In this document: positions 26,985-39,609 of the stretch, one piece after another
Position numbering within the stretch: position 1 is the stretch's first letter
Layout: every line of letters begins with the position of its first letter
Notes under the pieces: model-generated
What the model saw: only the letters and a program-made list of their open reading frames with translations
Database searches by the model: none
What the model was told of the DNA's origin: nothing
Program-made: the position numbers and the translations under genes
DNA from: Clostridiales bacterium
Lineage (GTDB): Bacteria; Bacillota; Clostridia; Christensenellales; UBA1242
Length of the DNA: 64,000 nucleotides
Assembly (NCBI GenBank): GCA_015055815.1
Contig: SVHM01000003.1
Location: 53,271-117,270, forward strand
Direction: 5' to 3'

Positions 26985-27380
26985 TTATATGATTACGTGA
27001 TAAAGCGGTGGGGCTTCTGAATAACATATTGATTTTTTATCTTTGAATATGTTAATATCTTTTTTTCTATCAATATTTGCTAGAAAAAACACATATCCCA
27101 AAATTAGATGTTCAACAAGTTTATTTTCAGTGTAATTAGATAATAATTTTGTTGTTATTTTTTTATATTCTGGATTTTCTTTAAAAAAGATGGTTATTAA
27201 CAATTTAACAATTGAATAATTATTTTCTCTTGTTTCTTTATTTAAATTTTCTTTTGAAATGCAAACGTTTTTAGGGATTATACTCATAAACTCTTGAAAT
27301 AAATCATTACACAAAAAAGTTTGAGTTTCATTGTTTAAATATAGATATTGAATTAATGCTATCTTTTCTTTTTTTGTCAT
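26985..27380 (-). CDS. Hypothetical protein (~131 aa)
   Basis: RBS AAAGGAG upstream; start at ATG 27380 or 27386. No recognisable motif. Divergent from an XRE gene. Confidence 0.5.
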   Translation of the reverse strand: MTKKEKIALIQYLYLNNETQTFLCNDLFQEFMSIIPKNVCISKENLNKETRENNYSIVKLLITIFFKENPEYKKITTKLLSNYTENKLVEHLILGYVFFLANIDRKKDINIFKDKKSICYSEAPPLYHVII

Positions 27381-27510
27381 CACCATATTACTCCTTTGGG
27401 TTGATTGGATATGTATATTATACATGACAAGTATAAGAAAGTAAAGACAAATGTCAGGTAAATTTGTATAAATGAATATAATTTATTTTTATTTAATTGG
27501 GAGACATTTG

Positions 27511-27942
27511 ATGAATAATTTTAAAGAGCGTTTGGAAGAAATGTTGGTAGAACGTAACATTTCTAAAAATCAATTATCAAAAATTATTGGTGTTAGACCT
27601 GATACAATTTATGGTTATTATAGAAAAGGTTTAATGCCGGAAATTCATATTGCTAAAAGAATATCAGAGTATTTTAATTGCTCATTGGATTATTTATTTG
27701 GATTAAGCGAAAAGGTTAATAATGATGATAAAAATCATTTAACTTTTTCAGAAACTATAAAGAAACTTATAAAAGATAATGGTAAAAGTGTTGAAAATAC
27801 CATGAAAGAATTAAACATAAGCGATAGAACTTATTATCGTTGGCAATCGGGTGAAAGTAAACCGTTGACATCAATGATTATTTTATTAGCTAAATACTTT
27901 GATGTAAGTATAGATTATCTCGTTGCGGAGTATTTAAAGTGA
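27511..27942 (+). CDS. Regulator with two tandem XRE HTH domains
   Basis: RBS GGGAG. Two repeats ending YFNCSLDYLFG and YFDVSIDYLV. Confidence 0.88.
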   Translation: MNNFKERLEEMLVERNISKNQLSKIIGVRPDTIYGYYRKGLMPEIHIAKRISEYFNCSLDYLFGLSEKVNNDDKNHLTFSETIKKLIKDNGKSVENTMKELNISDRTYYRWQSGESKPLTSMIILLAKYFDVSIDYLVAEYLK

Positions 27943-27956
27943 ATATTAAATTCGTT

Positions 27957-27984
27957 AAAAAAAGACTTGATTTCAAGTCTTTTT
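27957..27984. terminator. Bidirectional intrinsic terminator
   Basis: AAAAAGACTTGA / TCAAGTCTTTTT between convergent genes. Confidence 0.75.
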
Positions 27985-28001
27985 GTTGTTTTTATTAATC
28001 T

Positions 28002-29198
28002 TTAATTTTCTTCAACTGGTGGAAGTAATTCCATTACTTCAGCAATTGCATTAATTGCTTTGTCTAGTTGTTCAAATGTATGTGTTGCTGTATAACTAGT
28101 TCTAAGTAGTGATTGTCCAACTGGAACGGCTGGTGAAACTACTGGGTTTACGTATACACCCCTTTCTTGAAGAAGTCTACAAGCTAAGAATGTTCTTTCG
28201 TTTGTGTATGTATAAATAGGGATAATTGGAGTAGTTGCTTCAATTATTTTTATGCCTTTTTCTTTAAGACCCTTTCTCATATAGTCGCTTACTTCTCTAA
28301 GTCTAGCAACCCTTTCAGGCTCATTTGCAAGAATTTTAAGTGCTTGTCTAGCACAAGCAACACTTGCTGGAGTTATAGATGCTGAGAATATAAATGGACG
28401 GCTGTTGTTTCTTACAAAGTCAACAACTTCTTTTTTGCCCGCCATGTATCCACCAAGACTTGCAAGAGATTTACTAAATGTTCCCATGTAGATATCTACT
28501 TCATCTTCAAGCCCAAAATGTTCTGCAGTACCCCTTCCGTGTTCTCCAAGAACTCCAAGTCCATGAGCGTCGTCAACCATTACTCTAGCACCGTATTTTT
28601 TTGCAAGTCTGCAAATTTCAGGAAGATTTGCAATATCTCCACCCATACTGAATAGGCCGTCTGTAACAATTAAAATACCTTTGTCTTCAGGAATAGATTT
28701 TAACTGTCTTTCCAAGTCTTCCATATCGTTATGTTCATATCTTAAAAGCTTTGCATAACTAAGTCTGCAAGCATCATAAATACTAGCATGGTTTTCCTTG
28801 TCTCCAACAATATAATCGTTTCTACCAGCAATTGCACTAATGATACCTAGGTTGCTTTGGAAACCTGTTGAAAATGTTACAACGGCTTCTTTATGAAGAA
28901 AGTCTGCTAGTTCTTGTTCAAGAAGAACGTGAGCATCAAGTGTTCCATTTAAAAATCTGCTACCACTACAACCCGAGCCGTACTTTTTAATCGCTTCAAC
29001 ACCAGCATTTATAACGTCTGGGTGGCTAGTAAGTCCCAAATAGTTATTAGAGCCAATCATGACAGTCTTTTTGCCGTTCATGATAACTTCAGTGTCTTGT
29101 CCGCTAGTAAGTTCGGTAAAGTATGGATAAACATTATCTTCCTTTAGTTTATTAACCATTTGCATAAATTCGTTGTTACATTTTTCAAAAATATCCAT
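28002..29198 (-). CDS. PLP-dependent alpha-oxoamine synthase, serine palmitoyltransferase (SPT)-like
   Basis: VYPYF, GSNNYLGLT, GCSGSRFLNGT, FSTGFQSNLG, NHASI, DDAHG, MGTFSKS (PLP Lys), FIFSAS and VNPVVSPA. Confidence 0.8.
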   Translation of the reverse strand: MDIFEKCNNEFMQMVNKLKEDNVYPYFTELTSGQDTEVIMNGKKTVMIGSNNYLGLTSHPDVINAGVEAIKKYGSGCSGSRFLNGTLDAHVLLEQELADFLHKEAVVTFSTGFQSNLGIISAIAGRNDYIVGDKENHASIYDACRLSYAKLLRYEHNDMEDLERQLKSIPEDKGILIVTDGLFSMGGDIANLPEICRLAKKYGARVMVDDAHGLGVLGEHGRGTAEHFGLEDEVDIYMGTFSKSLASLGGYMAGKKEVVDFVRNNSRPFIFSASITPASVACARQALKILANEPERVARLREVSDYMRKGLKEKGIKIIEATTPIIPIYTYTNERTFLACRLLQERGVYVNPVVSPAVPVGQSLLRTSYTATHTFEQLDKAINAIAEVMELLPPVEEN

Positions 29199-29410
29199 AT
29201 ATTCTCCCTAAATTTTTCAAAAATTAATATTTAAAATTAATTTATATAATTAAAACAAATATTACCTAGTATTTTAACACCATGAGAGTAATTTACCAAA
29301 TATTTTTACTTTCTTTTGATAAAAAAAGCAAAAAAATATTTTTAACAAAAATTCTTTGTCTATAATATATATAATATACTAATTTATTATATAAATATAG
29401 TCATATATGC

Positions 29411-29439
29411 TTGAAAAAAAAAGAAAAAAATGTTATAAT
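29411..29439 (+). promoter_or_regulatory. SigA-type promoter of gyrBA
   Basis: TTGAAA, 17-nt spacer, TG-extended TATAAT (29434-29439). Confidence 0.65.
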
Positions 29440-29449
29440 TTTCTCGTAA

Positions 29450-31420
<1,971 letters not shown>

Positions 31421-31431
31421 GGGGGTAAATT

Positions 31432-33990
31432 ATGGAAAGAGATGAAATTGAAAAGCTTATAGATAAATTAGATAATAGCAAAGTCCTTGACGTAAAAGTT
31501 AAAGAAGAACTAGAGAAATCATTTATAGCATATGCAATGGCGGTTAACGTTAGCCGTGCTATTCCTGATGTAAGAGACGGTTTAAAACCCGTTCATAGAA
31601 GAATTATTTATGCAATGGGTAATAACTTAGGACTTTATAATGATAAACCTTTTAGAAAATGTGCGACTATTGTCGGTGAAGTAATGGGTAAATTTCACCC
31701 ACATGGTGATAGTGCGATATATGATGCACTTGTAAGACTTGCACAAGACTTTACAATTAATTGCCCATTGGTTGATGGACATGGAAACTTTGGTTCGGTT
31801 GATGGAGACCCACCAGCTGCTGCCCGTTACACAGAAGCAAGACTTAGCAAAATCGCTAGTGAAATGCTTAATGGAATAAATCAAGAAACTGTTGATTTCT
31901 ATCCGAACTTTGATGGACGTGAAATGCAACCAACAGTTCTTCCAAGTAGGTTTCCAAACCTTCTTGTAAACGGTAGTGACGGAATTGCTGTAGGTATGGC
32001 TACAAACGTTCCACCACACAACTTATGCGAAGTTATTTCAGCCGTTATTGCTTTAATTGATAACCCTGAAATTACAATCCCTGAACTTATGGAATATGTA
32101 CCAGCACCCGATTTCCCAACAAAAGGTCTGGTTATAGGTGGCAAGGGTATCAAAGATATGTACGAAACGGGTAAAGGCTCATTTATAATTAGAGCAAAAA
32201 CCGAAATAGAAGAAGAAAATGACAAACAGAAGATAGTTATCACAGAAATCCCATATCAAGTAAATAAAGCTAAACTTATTATCCAAATTGCTGATATGGT
32301 TAAATCAAAGAGAATTGAAGGCATATCTGATATCAAAGAAGAAAGTGATAGAGAAGGAATGCGTATAGTTATTGATGTCAAGAGAGACGCAAATGCTCAA
32401 GTTGTACTTAATAACTTATTTAAACATACACAACTTCAAATATCATTCGGTGCTATTAACTTAGCACTTGTAAATGGAACTCCAAAAATTCTTAACTTAA
32501 AAGAAATTTTGGTACACTACCTAAATTTCCAAAAAGAAGTAATTATAAGAAGAACAAAATTTGAACTTGATAAAGCTGAAGCAAAAGAACATATTTTGAA
32601 AGGTTTGGTAATTGCTCAAGCAAATATAGATGAAGTAATTAGACAAATTAAACTTTCAAATGATAAACAAGACGCAATTGAAAGACTTACAAGATTATTC
32701 GAATTGGACGAAAAACAAGCATCTGCTATTCTTGATATGAGACTTCAAAAATTAACAGGTCTTGAAGTTGAAAAATTAAAAGCAGAACTTGAAGATATCC
32801 AAGCATTAATCAAAGGCTACAAAGAAATTTTAGCATCAGAACTAAGAGTATTAGAAATTATCAAAGGCGACCTTATTGAAATTAAAACCAAATACGGTGT
32901 ACCTAGAAAAACTGAAATTTCATTTGATTATACAAGCCTTGATATTGGTGACCTTATTCCTAGACAAACAGTTGTACTTTCACTTACACATTCTGGATAT
33001 ATTAAGAGAATGCCAGTTGGTGAGTATAAGAGCCAACATAGGGGCGGTATGGGTGTTGTTGGACATAAGACAAAAGATGAAGACTTTGTAGAAAATATCT
33101 ACGTTACATCATCACATGACGACCTATTATGCTTCTCAACTAAAGGTAGAGTGTATACAATCAAAGCATATGAAGTGCCAGAAGCTCAAAAACAAGCAAA
33201 AGGCAGGGCGATGGTAAATCTTCTTCAAGTAGATAAAGAAGAGAGAATTACCGCTATTATTCCGCTTAACGGAAGTGAAGAAGGCAATCTAATGATGGCA
33301 ACTAAAGATGGTCTTATCAAGAAAACACCAATTAGTGAATTCTCTTCAATTAGAAAGGGCGGAAAAATTGCTATTAAACTTAATGATGGTGATGAACTTG
33401 TTGGAGTATATCTAACTACTGGCAATGACGAAGTATTAATTGCAAGTAGCGAAGGTAAATGTATTAGATTTAACGAAAACACTGTAAGAAAATTAGGCAG
33501 AGACACAATGGGCGTTAAGTCTATGAAGCTAAACGAAGGTGAATATATAGTTGATATGACTATAATAAAACCAAATAGCGATATGCTTACTATTTCTGAG
33601 TTTGGCTATGGTAAAAGGTCAAATGAAAGCGAATATAGACTACAAGGAAGAAATGGTAAAGGTATAAAGGCTGGTGTGTTCAATGAACAAACAGGAAATC
33701 TTGTAAACTTAAAACAAGTATGTGATGATGACGATATTATGCTTATAGCAGATGATGGTGTTGTTATTAGAGTTTCGGCAGGTGAGATTAGTAAAATTGG
33801 CAGAAACACAAAAGGTGTGAGAATAATGAAAATGAAAGAAGGTAGCAAGATTGTGTGTGTTGCCGTTACTAAGTCTGACAAATCTCAAGACGAGCTAGCT
33901 GAAAGTTTGGAAGAAACAGAAGTTGAAAATATTGAAAATATGGTAGAAGCTCAAGCTGTTGAAAATATTGAAAACACAGAACTGATTTAA
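31432..33990 (+). CDS. gyrA: DNA gyrase subunit A
   Basis: [25 protein letters not shown] (catalytic Tyr), GyrA-box QHRGGMG and C-terminal beta-pinwheel repeats. Confidence 0.98.
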   Translation: MERDEIEKLIDKLDNSKVLDVKVKEELEKSFIAYAMAVNVSRAIPDVRDGLKPVHRRIIYAMGNNLGLYNDKPFRKCATIVGEVMGKFHPHGDSAIYDALVRLAQDFTINCPLVDGHGNFGSVDGDPPAAARYTEARLSKIASEMLNGINQETVDFYPNFDGREMQPTVLPSRFPNLLVNGSDGIAVGMATNVPPHNLCEVISAVIALIDNPEITIPELMEYVPAPDFPTKGLVIGGKGIKDMYETGKGSFIIRAKTEIEEENDKQKIVITEIPYQVNKAKLIIQIADMVKSKRIEGISDIKEESDREGMRIVIDVKRDANAQVVLNNLFKHTQLQISFGAINLALVNGTPKILNLKEILVHYLNFQKEVIIRRTKFELDKAEAKEHILKGLVIAQANIDEVIRQIKLSNDKQDAIERLTRLFELDEKQASAILDMRLQKLTGLEVEKLKAELEDIQALIKGYKEILASELRVLEIIKGDLIEIKTKYGVPRKTEISFDYTSLDIGDLIPRQTVVLSLTHSGYIKRMPVGEYKSQHRGGMGVVGHKTKDEDFVENIYVTSSHDDLLCFSTKGRVYTIKAYEVPEAQKQAKGRAMVNLLQVDKEERITAIIPLNGSEEGNLMMATKDGLIKKTPISEFSSIRKGGKIAIKLNDGDELVGVYLTTGNDEVLIASSEGKCIRFNENTVRKLGRDTMGVKSMKLNEGEYIVDMTIIKPNSDMLTISEFGYGKRSNESEYRLQGRNGKGIKAGVFNEQTGNLVNLKQVCDDDDIMLIADDGVVIRVSAGEISKIGRNTKGVRIMKMKEGSKIVCVAVTKSDKSQDELAESLEETEVENIENMVEAQAVENIENTELI

Positions 33991-34121
33991 CAAATGAAAA
34001 ATGGCTTATTAAAATGCATAATTAAATAAACCTTTTAAGTATGTATAAAAAGCTATAATTATATCCAAATGCCGACTTAAAAGGTGGTGTTTGGATATTT
34101 TATTTATCGGGAGAATATGGT

Positions 34122-35891
34122 ATGTCAAATTTAAGAAAGATAAGAGCAAAAGAGAAATTCTTAAGCGGTATTGAAGGTGTTGATAGAGAAGACGTGTTAA
34201 ATGTCCTAAAAGATAATGATGACAATTTAGACTTGTATTCATATTTCGTTACATTAAATGCTCATAATACCGAACGACTAGACGATAAAGAAGTTGGGGA
34301 ATTTATCCACAAAATGTACTCCGACTGGTATTTTCTTGCCAAAAATTTGGGTAAAGATATAAGAACGATTAAATTATTTAATAATTATAGATATTCTCCA
34401 ATCGGTATTAGCGAAAAAGAATGTTTTTCCCTTATTCAAAGTGAAGAATTTATGGGTTTACTGCCTATAAAAATAGAATATACAAATAAACTTGAAGATA
34501 AGTATTTTGTGTCGGTTGATGTTGCAAAGTTATATTATAATAATGAAAAATTAGTAAACGATTGTAGGCTTTATTTAAATATTCCGAGTAAAAATATAAT
34601 ACCTTTTGTAAAAGAGTTTCTTGATAGGTGTTATCTAAATACAATACCTTGTAATATTAAGTTTTTTTGTAGTGACGAAAGAAGTGATGATGTTATAATA
34701 TATTGCGACTATGAATATGCACAAAAAATAGTTGATTTGATAGAAGAATTTAAGAGTGATTATTCTTTAAACTTTGCAAATATTGGCGAAGTTAATCCCT
34801 TGCTTGCAAAAGTAAACGACTATATAGGCTTTGGAGAACAACCAAACAAAGGGACATACTTTTCTACTAGGAGTAAGGCTATATCTAATATTCAAAAAGT
34901 GGCAACTGGCAAAATATTAAAAGATTTGCTTGTAGGTATAGAAGAAAGAAATATTTATAAGAAAGACGGTACGTCATTTACTCCAACCGAATATATGGCG
35001 TATATGATAGAAAGAATAGCGCTTGTTATAATAGACGAAAAAATATTAAAACTAGAAAGCCTAGATGAAAAAATGTCGCTTGACAATGAACTAGAAATAT
35101 TATATCGTTTGCGAGAAAATATCTCATCAAAAATAAATATAGCAAGTGAAGTTAATAAACTGAAAAAATCAATTACGAGAAAAGAAAACTACACTCTTCA
35201 AATTGAAGGAATAGGTAAAAGTGATTATGTTTTTGTAGAAAAATTATACAATTTATTTACTACCGTAGAAGAGAAATATTTGTTAAAAAAATCGGGTAAA
35301 GATAAAAGACAAGTTGTAGCGAATAGAGTGTTTAATACTACCGAAAATTTTGAAGGTGTAGATACTTATGAATACCTATATAAGATATTTAAAAAAGAGT
35401 TGGCGGTGGCATTAGATAAGATTGTTGAAGAAGGTTTAGATGAAACAAAATATGCTAGGCAATCGTCAATTTTAAATAACTTAAAAATGCAAAAATGTAT
35501 ACGTCTAAAAGCTATTATAAAAGCAATTCTAGATGATAGTGATGATGGTAAAGAATTGGTAGATAGTTGCATAAAAGATTACTTAAGAATTCTTGCTTGT
35601 GATAGCTTTGATAATGTAGAAATTATTGTAGAAGATGAAACTATAAAACTAGATAGTGATGTGTCATCTGCAATAAAAAATGAATTTGAAAACATAAAAT
35701 TAGATGTATACAATTTGACAATAAATAGTGAGTTTGTTGACAATATGTTTGCAAGATATGACATAAACCCTAGTAATTTCTCATTAAGATTGAATACTAA
35801 ATCTAATTGCAAAATACGACAAAAAGGAAACATAACAAGAAAAGAAAGATTTTATTATAGCCCTGAAGAAAGCTATGTAGAAAACATTTAA
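34122..35891 (+). CDS. Hypothetical 589-aa protein with a central HopA1-like domain
   Basis: RLYLN...IKFF...RSDDVIIY...NPL......IGFGEQP.....FSTR at about 34563-34884. RBS GGGAG. No signal peptide. Confidence 0.55.
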   Translation: MSNLRKIRAKEKFLSGIEGVDREDVLNVLKDNDDNLDLYSYFVTLNAHNTERLDDKEVGEFIHKMYSDWYFLAKNLGKDIRTIKLFNNYRYSPIGISEKECFSLIQSEEFMGLLPIKIEYTNKLEDKYFVSVDVAKLYYNNEKLVNDCRLYLNIPSKNIIPFVKEFLDRCYLNTIPCNIKFFCSDERSDDVIIYCDYEYAQKIVDLIEEFKSDYSLNFANIGEVNPLLAKVNDYIGFGEQPNKGTYFSTRSKAISNIQKVATGKILKDLLVGIEERNIYKKDGTSFTPTEYMAYMIERIALVIIDEKILKLESLDEKMSLDNELEILYRLRENISSKINIASEVNKLKKSITRKENYTLQIEGIGKSDYVFVEKLYNLFTTVEEKYLLKKSGKDKRQVVANRVFNTTENFEGVDTYEYLYKIFKKELAVALDKIVEEGLDETKYARQSSILNNLKMQKCIRLKAIIKAILDDSDDGKELVDSCIKDYLRILACDSFDNVEIIVEDETIKLDSDVSSAIKNEFENIKLDVYNLTINSEFVDNMFARYDINPSNFSLRLNTKSNCKIRQKGNITRKERFYYSPEESYVENI

Positions 35892-35896
35892 AAAGG

Positions 35897-35927
35897 AAAA
35901 ACCTGTAAAGATTTTTACAGGTTTTTT
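35897..35927. terminator. Bidirectional intrinsic terminator
   Basis: AAAAACCTGTAAA / TTTACAGGTTTTT between convergent genes. Confidence 0.75.
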
Positions 35928-37755
35928 ACTTTTTATAATCTCTAATTATTGTTATATTTTTTTCATCTTTGTCTGGTGTATTTGATTTATTATTTTTAGG
36001 CTTTTTTGATTTTGTAGAAATTTTTAATTTTCTACTTTTTCTTATTGTAATTATTGAAATTGTAACTGTTAAAATTGCTACTGCTCCACCGAATATAATT
36101 GTTGTAAGCATTGAAGAATTTAAACTTTCATTAGGCTCGATTGTAAGTTTGTTGCTATACACAACAACTTCTTTTCCTTCTTCAATATTTGTTGCAGTTG
36201 CTTTAACTTGAATGACTACTTTTTGTGAACTTTCCGGAATAAAAGATGTTATACTTTTGTGAAGATCGTCACCTTCTGTTGTGAGAAATAATTCACCGTC
36301 TTTATACCATTCATATTTAAAATCTTTGTATAAACTATTTGTAATATTATAAGGCTCGGCAATAAGTTGAATTTCTTTTCCTACAACAACATCTTCATTA
36401 GTTGTATATAAATTTATAACTGATAAAATTCCTTCTTCAACTATTACTTTTAATGTTGCTGTTGTTTTGTTTTTGCCTTGGTCTTCATATTCATATGTTA
36501 ATATGTATTCACCAATTTCAGTATATTTAACAGTTCCCTTTGGGATAAGATTGGTTGTAACTGTTTCGCCGTTGTCTTTTACAATACATTCTGGATATTG
36601 CCAAGGAACGTTTAAGCCCCATGTGATAGTATTACTTTGGAGTATTATTTGTGGTGGAGTAGTGTCTACAACTTGATAGTATGCGTCTATAGTTGTGTTT
36701 TCATAACCTGAAACTTCAATGGAAATTGAACATTTTTCAGTTCCAACATTTTGTGTAGATCCAGGAATTTTGTTGTAAGCAGTATATTCCAAACTTCCCA
36801 AACCGTCAATTCTAATATCTTTTGCGAGTATATTAAGCATACTTAGTCTTTCTACTTCATAATGTTCTCCGCCTTTGTTTGGAAGTAAAGAACATTCAAC
36901 TACAATAAAATCAAAAGATTTAGCGGGGATATTGTGTAAATATCCAAACTCTTCATAAGATATTCCGATTGTGTATTTGCCCAAATCTAGATTATTTAGA
37001 TGTCCAATTTGTGAATGTGGTAAATCAAAATTTGATTTTGTTTCTGTATCAGCTGGGTTTGTATAATAGTATGCGGTGTATGATGTTGCTAAAAAATCAC
37101 TATCTTTAATATAATATGTGGCTTTATCAAGGTGATTTTTGTTAATAAGTTTTTTGTTTATATTGCTATCAAAGTTTTGAAATCCATATATAAATACGCT
37201 ATTTTCTAATTGTTCATTTGATAAGTTTGCTAAATCTAAATTGTTAAATGACACATAAATACATTTGATTATTTCATTAAAGTCAGATTGTGCAGTGAAA
37301 GTATTATTTTCATCTTCACTATCATTATTTATTTTAACTTCACTATCGGCGGTGATAGTAGAAAATTCATATATTTTTTCAAAATGTTCGTTAATTATAT
37401 TATTATAACTTAAATTAATTGATTTTAAAGTAGTAGGAAAAGTGAACTTTGCTAGTTCAATAATGTTTGTAACTTTTGATTTTGATAAATCAAGGCATGA
37501 GATGTTGCTTGTATAAACTTCTTTTTCTTCATCATAAGTTGCTTTATAGTTTTCATGCGTTAAAAAATCGTCTGAATAAAATTTATCGTCATTATCTTTT
37601 CCAAGCAAAGTTCTAAGTCTTGCGTCCAAGTTTTCATCAAGTATTTTGATTTCTTGTCTTGATGCAGAAACGGACATATTATTATTTATTGAAATGTTTA
37701 CAAAAACGCCTAAACATAGGCAAATAGCGAGAATTATCGCTTTCCATTTTTTCAT
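35926..37755 (-). CDS. Secreted, C-terminally membrane-anchored surface protein with LRR-like and DUF5011 Ig-like segments
   Basis: Signal peptide. LDLSKSKVT and LKSINLSYNNI (LRR-like). VDTTPPQI...GTV...IGEY.LTY...D.G.N......V.V (Ig-like). C-terminal TM helix plus a basic tail. Confidence 0.7.
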   Translation of the reverse strand: MKKWKAIILAICLCLGVFVNISINNNMSVSASRQEIKILDENLDARLRTLLGKDNDDKFYSDDFLTHENYKATYDEEKEVYTSNISCLDLSKSKVTNIIELAKFTFPTTLKSINLSYNNIINEHFEKIYEFSTITADSEVKINNDSEDENNTFTAQSDFNEIIKCIYVSFNNLDLANLSNEQLENSVFIYGFQNFDSNINKKLINKNHLDKATYYIKDSDFLATSYTAYYYTNPADTETKSNFDLPHSQIGHLNNLDLGKYTIGISYEEFGYLHNIPAKSFDFIVVECSLLPNKGGEHYEVERLSMLNILAKDIRIDGLGSLEYTAYNKIPGSTQNVGTEKCSISIEVSGYENTTIDAYYQVVDTTPPQIILQSNTITWGLNVPWQYPECIVKDNGETVTTNLIPKGTVKYTEIGEYILTYEYEDQGKNKTTATLKVIVEEGILSVINLYTTNEDVVVGKEIQLIAEPYNITNSLYKDFKYEWYKDGELFLTTEGDDLHKSITSFIPESSQKVVIQVKATATNIEEGKEVVVYSNKLTIEPNESLNSSMLTTIIFGGAVAILTVTISIITIRKSRKLKISTKSKKPKNNKSNTPDKDEKNITIIRDYKK

Positions 37756-37823
37756 AATTTTTTCCTACTAAATATTATTCTTATATTTATTTTAGCACAA
37801 ATTTAAAGTAATTAATAATAATT

Positions 37824-39110
37824 TTACTTATTTGGTTTAATAATTTCCTTTCCGCCCATGTATGGTCTTAGTACTTCTGGGATATTAACAGAGCCGTCGC
37901 TATTATAGTTGTTTTCTAGTAGGGCAATTAATGCTCTTGTAGAAGCAAGTACGGTGTTATTAAGAGTATGTGCAAAATAATTACCATTTTCGCCTTTAAT
38001 TCTAATACCTAAACGTCTTGCTTGAGCGTCTCCAAGAGTAGAACAACTTCCTACTTCAAAGAATTTCTTTTGTCTAGGGCTCCATGCTTCAATATCGCAT
38101 GATTTAACCTTTAAATCTGCCAAATCACCAGTACAGCATTCTAGTGTTCTTACAGGGATGTTCATATTACGGAAAATTTCAACAGTATATGACCACATTT
38201 TGTTGTACCATTCCATGCTTTCTTCCGGTTTACAAATTACAATCATTTCTTGTTTTTCAAATTGGTGTACTCTATAGATACCCCTTTCTTCAATACCATG
38301 AGCGCCAACTTCTTTTCTAAAACATGGTGAATAAGATGTCATTGTAATAGGAAGAGATTGTTCTTTGATAATTTGGTCTTTGAATTTACCAATCATTGAG
38401 TGTTCACTGGTACCGATTAAAAATAAGTCTTCTCCTTCAATCTTGTACATCATGGCATCCATTTCTGCAAAACTCATAACACCAGTAACAACATCACTTC
38501 TAATCATAAATGGTGGTATAGCGTAAATAAAGTTTTTATCAATCATATAATCTCTAGCATATGATAGCATAGCACTTACAAGTCTAGCACAGTCACCCAT
38601 TAAATAGTAGAAACCATTACCGCTAGTTCTTCCCGCACTGTCTTTATCAAGGCCATTGAAACTATTAATAATATCTGCATGATACGGTATTTCAAAGTCT
38701 AGTTCTTTTATCTCACCAAATACTTCTAGTTGAACATTTTCACTATCGTCTTTTCCAACTGGAACAGAACTATCTACAATGTTTGGAATGACCATCATGA
38801 TTTGTTTGATATCTGCAGAGATTTTTTCTTCTTTTTCTTCTATCTCTTTTATTCTACTATTGATGTTTGCAACTTCCAATTTTTTTTCATTTGCAACGTC
38901 TATTTTTTTCTCTTTCATAAGAGCTCCAATTTGTGTGCTTATTGCATTTCTTTTGGCTCTTAAATCGTCACCTTCTGCTTTAAGATTTCTATTCTCTTTA
39001 TCAAGTAAAATTACCTTATCTACAAGCTCAAGTTTGTTATCTTGAAATTTCTTTTTTATGTTCTCTTTTACAAGTTCTGGGTTTGTTCTTATTAAATTTA
39101 TGTCAATCAT
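37824..39110 (-). CDS. serS: Serine--tRNA ligase
   Basis: Start MIDINLIR at 39110 with RBS AAGGAG. IPN, GTSE, PCFRKE, GIYRVHQFEKQE and HTLNNT motifs. Confidence 0.97.
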   Translation of the reverse strand: MIDINLIRTNPELVKENIKKKFQDNKLELVDKVILLDKENRNLKAEGDDLRAKRNAISTQIGALMKEKKIDVANEKKLEVANINSRIKEIEEKEEKISADIKQIMMVIPNIVDSSVPVGKDDSENVQLEVFGEIKELDFEIPYHADIINSFNGLDKDSAGRTSGNGFYYLMGDCARLVSAMLSYARDYMIDKNFIYAIPPFMIRSDVVTGVMSFAEMDAMMYKIEGEDLFLIGTSEHSMIGKFKDQIIKEQSLPITMTSYSPCFRKEVGAHGIEERGIYRVHQFEKQEMIVICKPEESMEWYNKMWSYTVEIFRNMNIPVRTLECCTGDLADLKVKSCDIEAWSPRQKKFFEVGSCSTLGDAQARRLGIRIKGENGNYFAHTLNNTVLASTRALIALLENNYNSDGSVNIPEVLRPYMGGKEIIKPNK

Positions 39111-39204
39111 TTTTATTCTCCTTATATCTTTATTATTTGACAATATTATTATACTTTATGACAATATGTTTGTTTTGTGTGGCATATAGTCATAATTTAA
39201 TATT

Positions 39205-39450
39205 TAGGGATAAAATAAAAAAATTCACCCCTAGAAAAAATTTCTAGAGATGAATATTACTATCCACGGTGCCACTCTAATTGGAAATAAATTCCCACTC
39301 AAATGTATTGTAATTTAGACACTAACAATAATAGTTTTGCTTTCGCAAATATCTCCATGGGTAGAAGGAATTTAGTAAGACATTTAGTTTGCCTTTCAGC
39401 CTATGAACAAACTCTCTTTTTAAATGAATTTTACTAGCCGTCCCATGTGC
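39205..39450 (-). promoter_or_regulatory. T-box riboswitch upstream of serS
   Basis: Minus strand carries AGAGAG and GGCTGAAAG stem-I elements, the T-box AATTAGAGTGGCACCGTGG (39282-39264) and a terminator ATTCATCTCTAGAAA/TTTCTAGGGGTGAAT plus T run. Candidate TCC/TCT specifier; not pinned down. Confidence 0.88.
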
Positions 39451-39513
39451 AATCGACAGTCTATAAATATTTAATTTTTTACCAAGTCAAAGAACGCTTC
39501 AACTATATGATAT

Positions 39514-39541
39514 ATTATATACCAAAATTAAAATTTGTCAA
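39514..39541 (-). promoter_or_regulatory. SigA-type promoter of the serS leader
   Basis: TTGACA (39541-39536), 16-nt spacer, TATAAT (39519-39514). Confidence 0.65.
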
Positions 39542-39609
39542 CAATTAATAGTTAAGTTTAAATGTAATTTTTTTGGGAAAAATTAATATAGAAAAATTTA
39601 AAGGAGAAT

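Noticed and set aside
17400-27984. Prophage or integrative element suggested by the XRE genes and tRNA-end duplication
   Set aside because: No integrase, transposase, phage structural or conjugation genes; the tRNA-end duplication encloses only ~150 bp.
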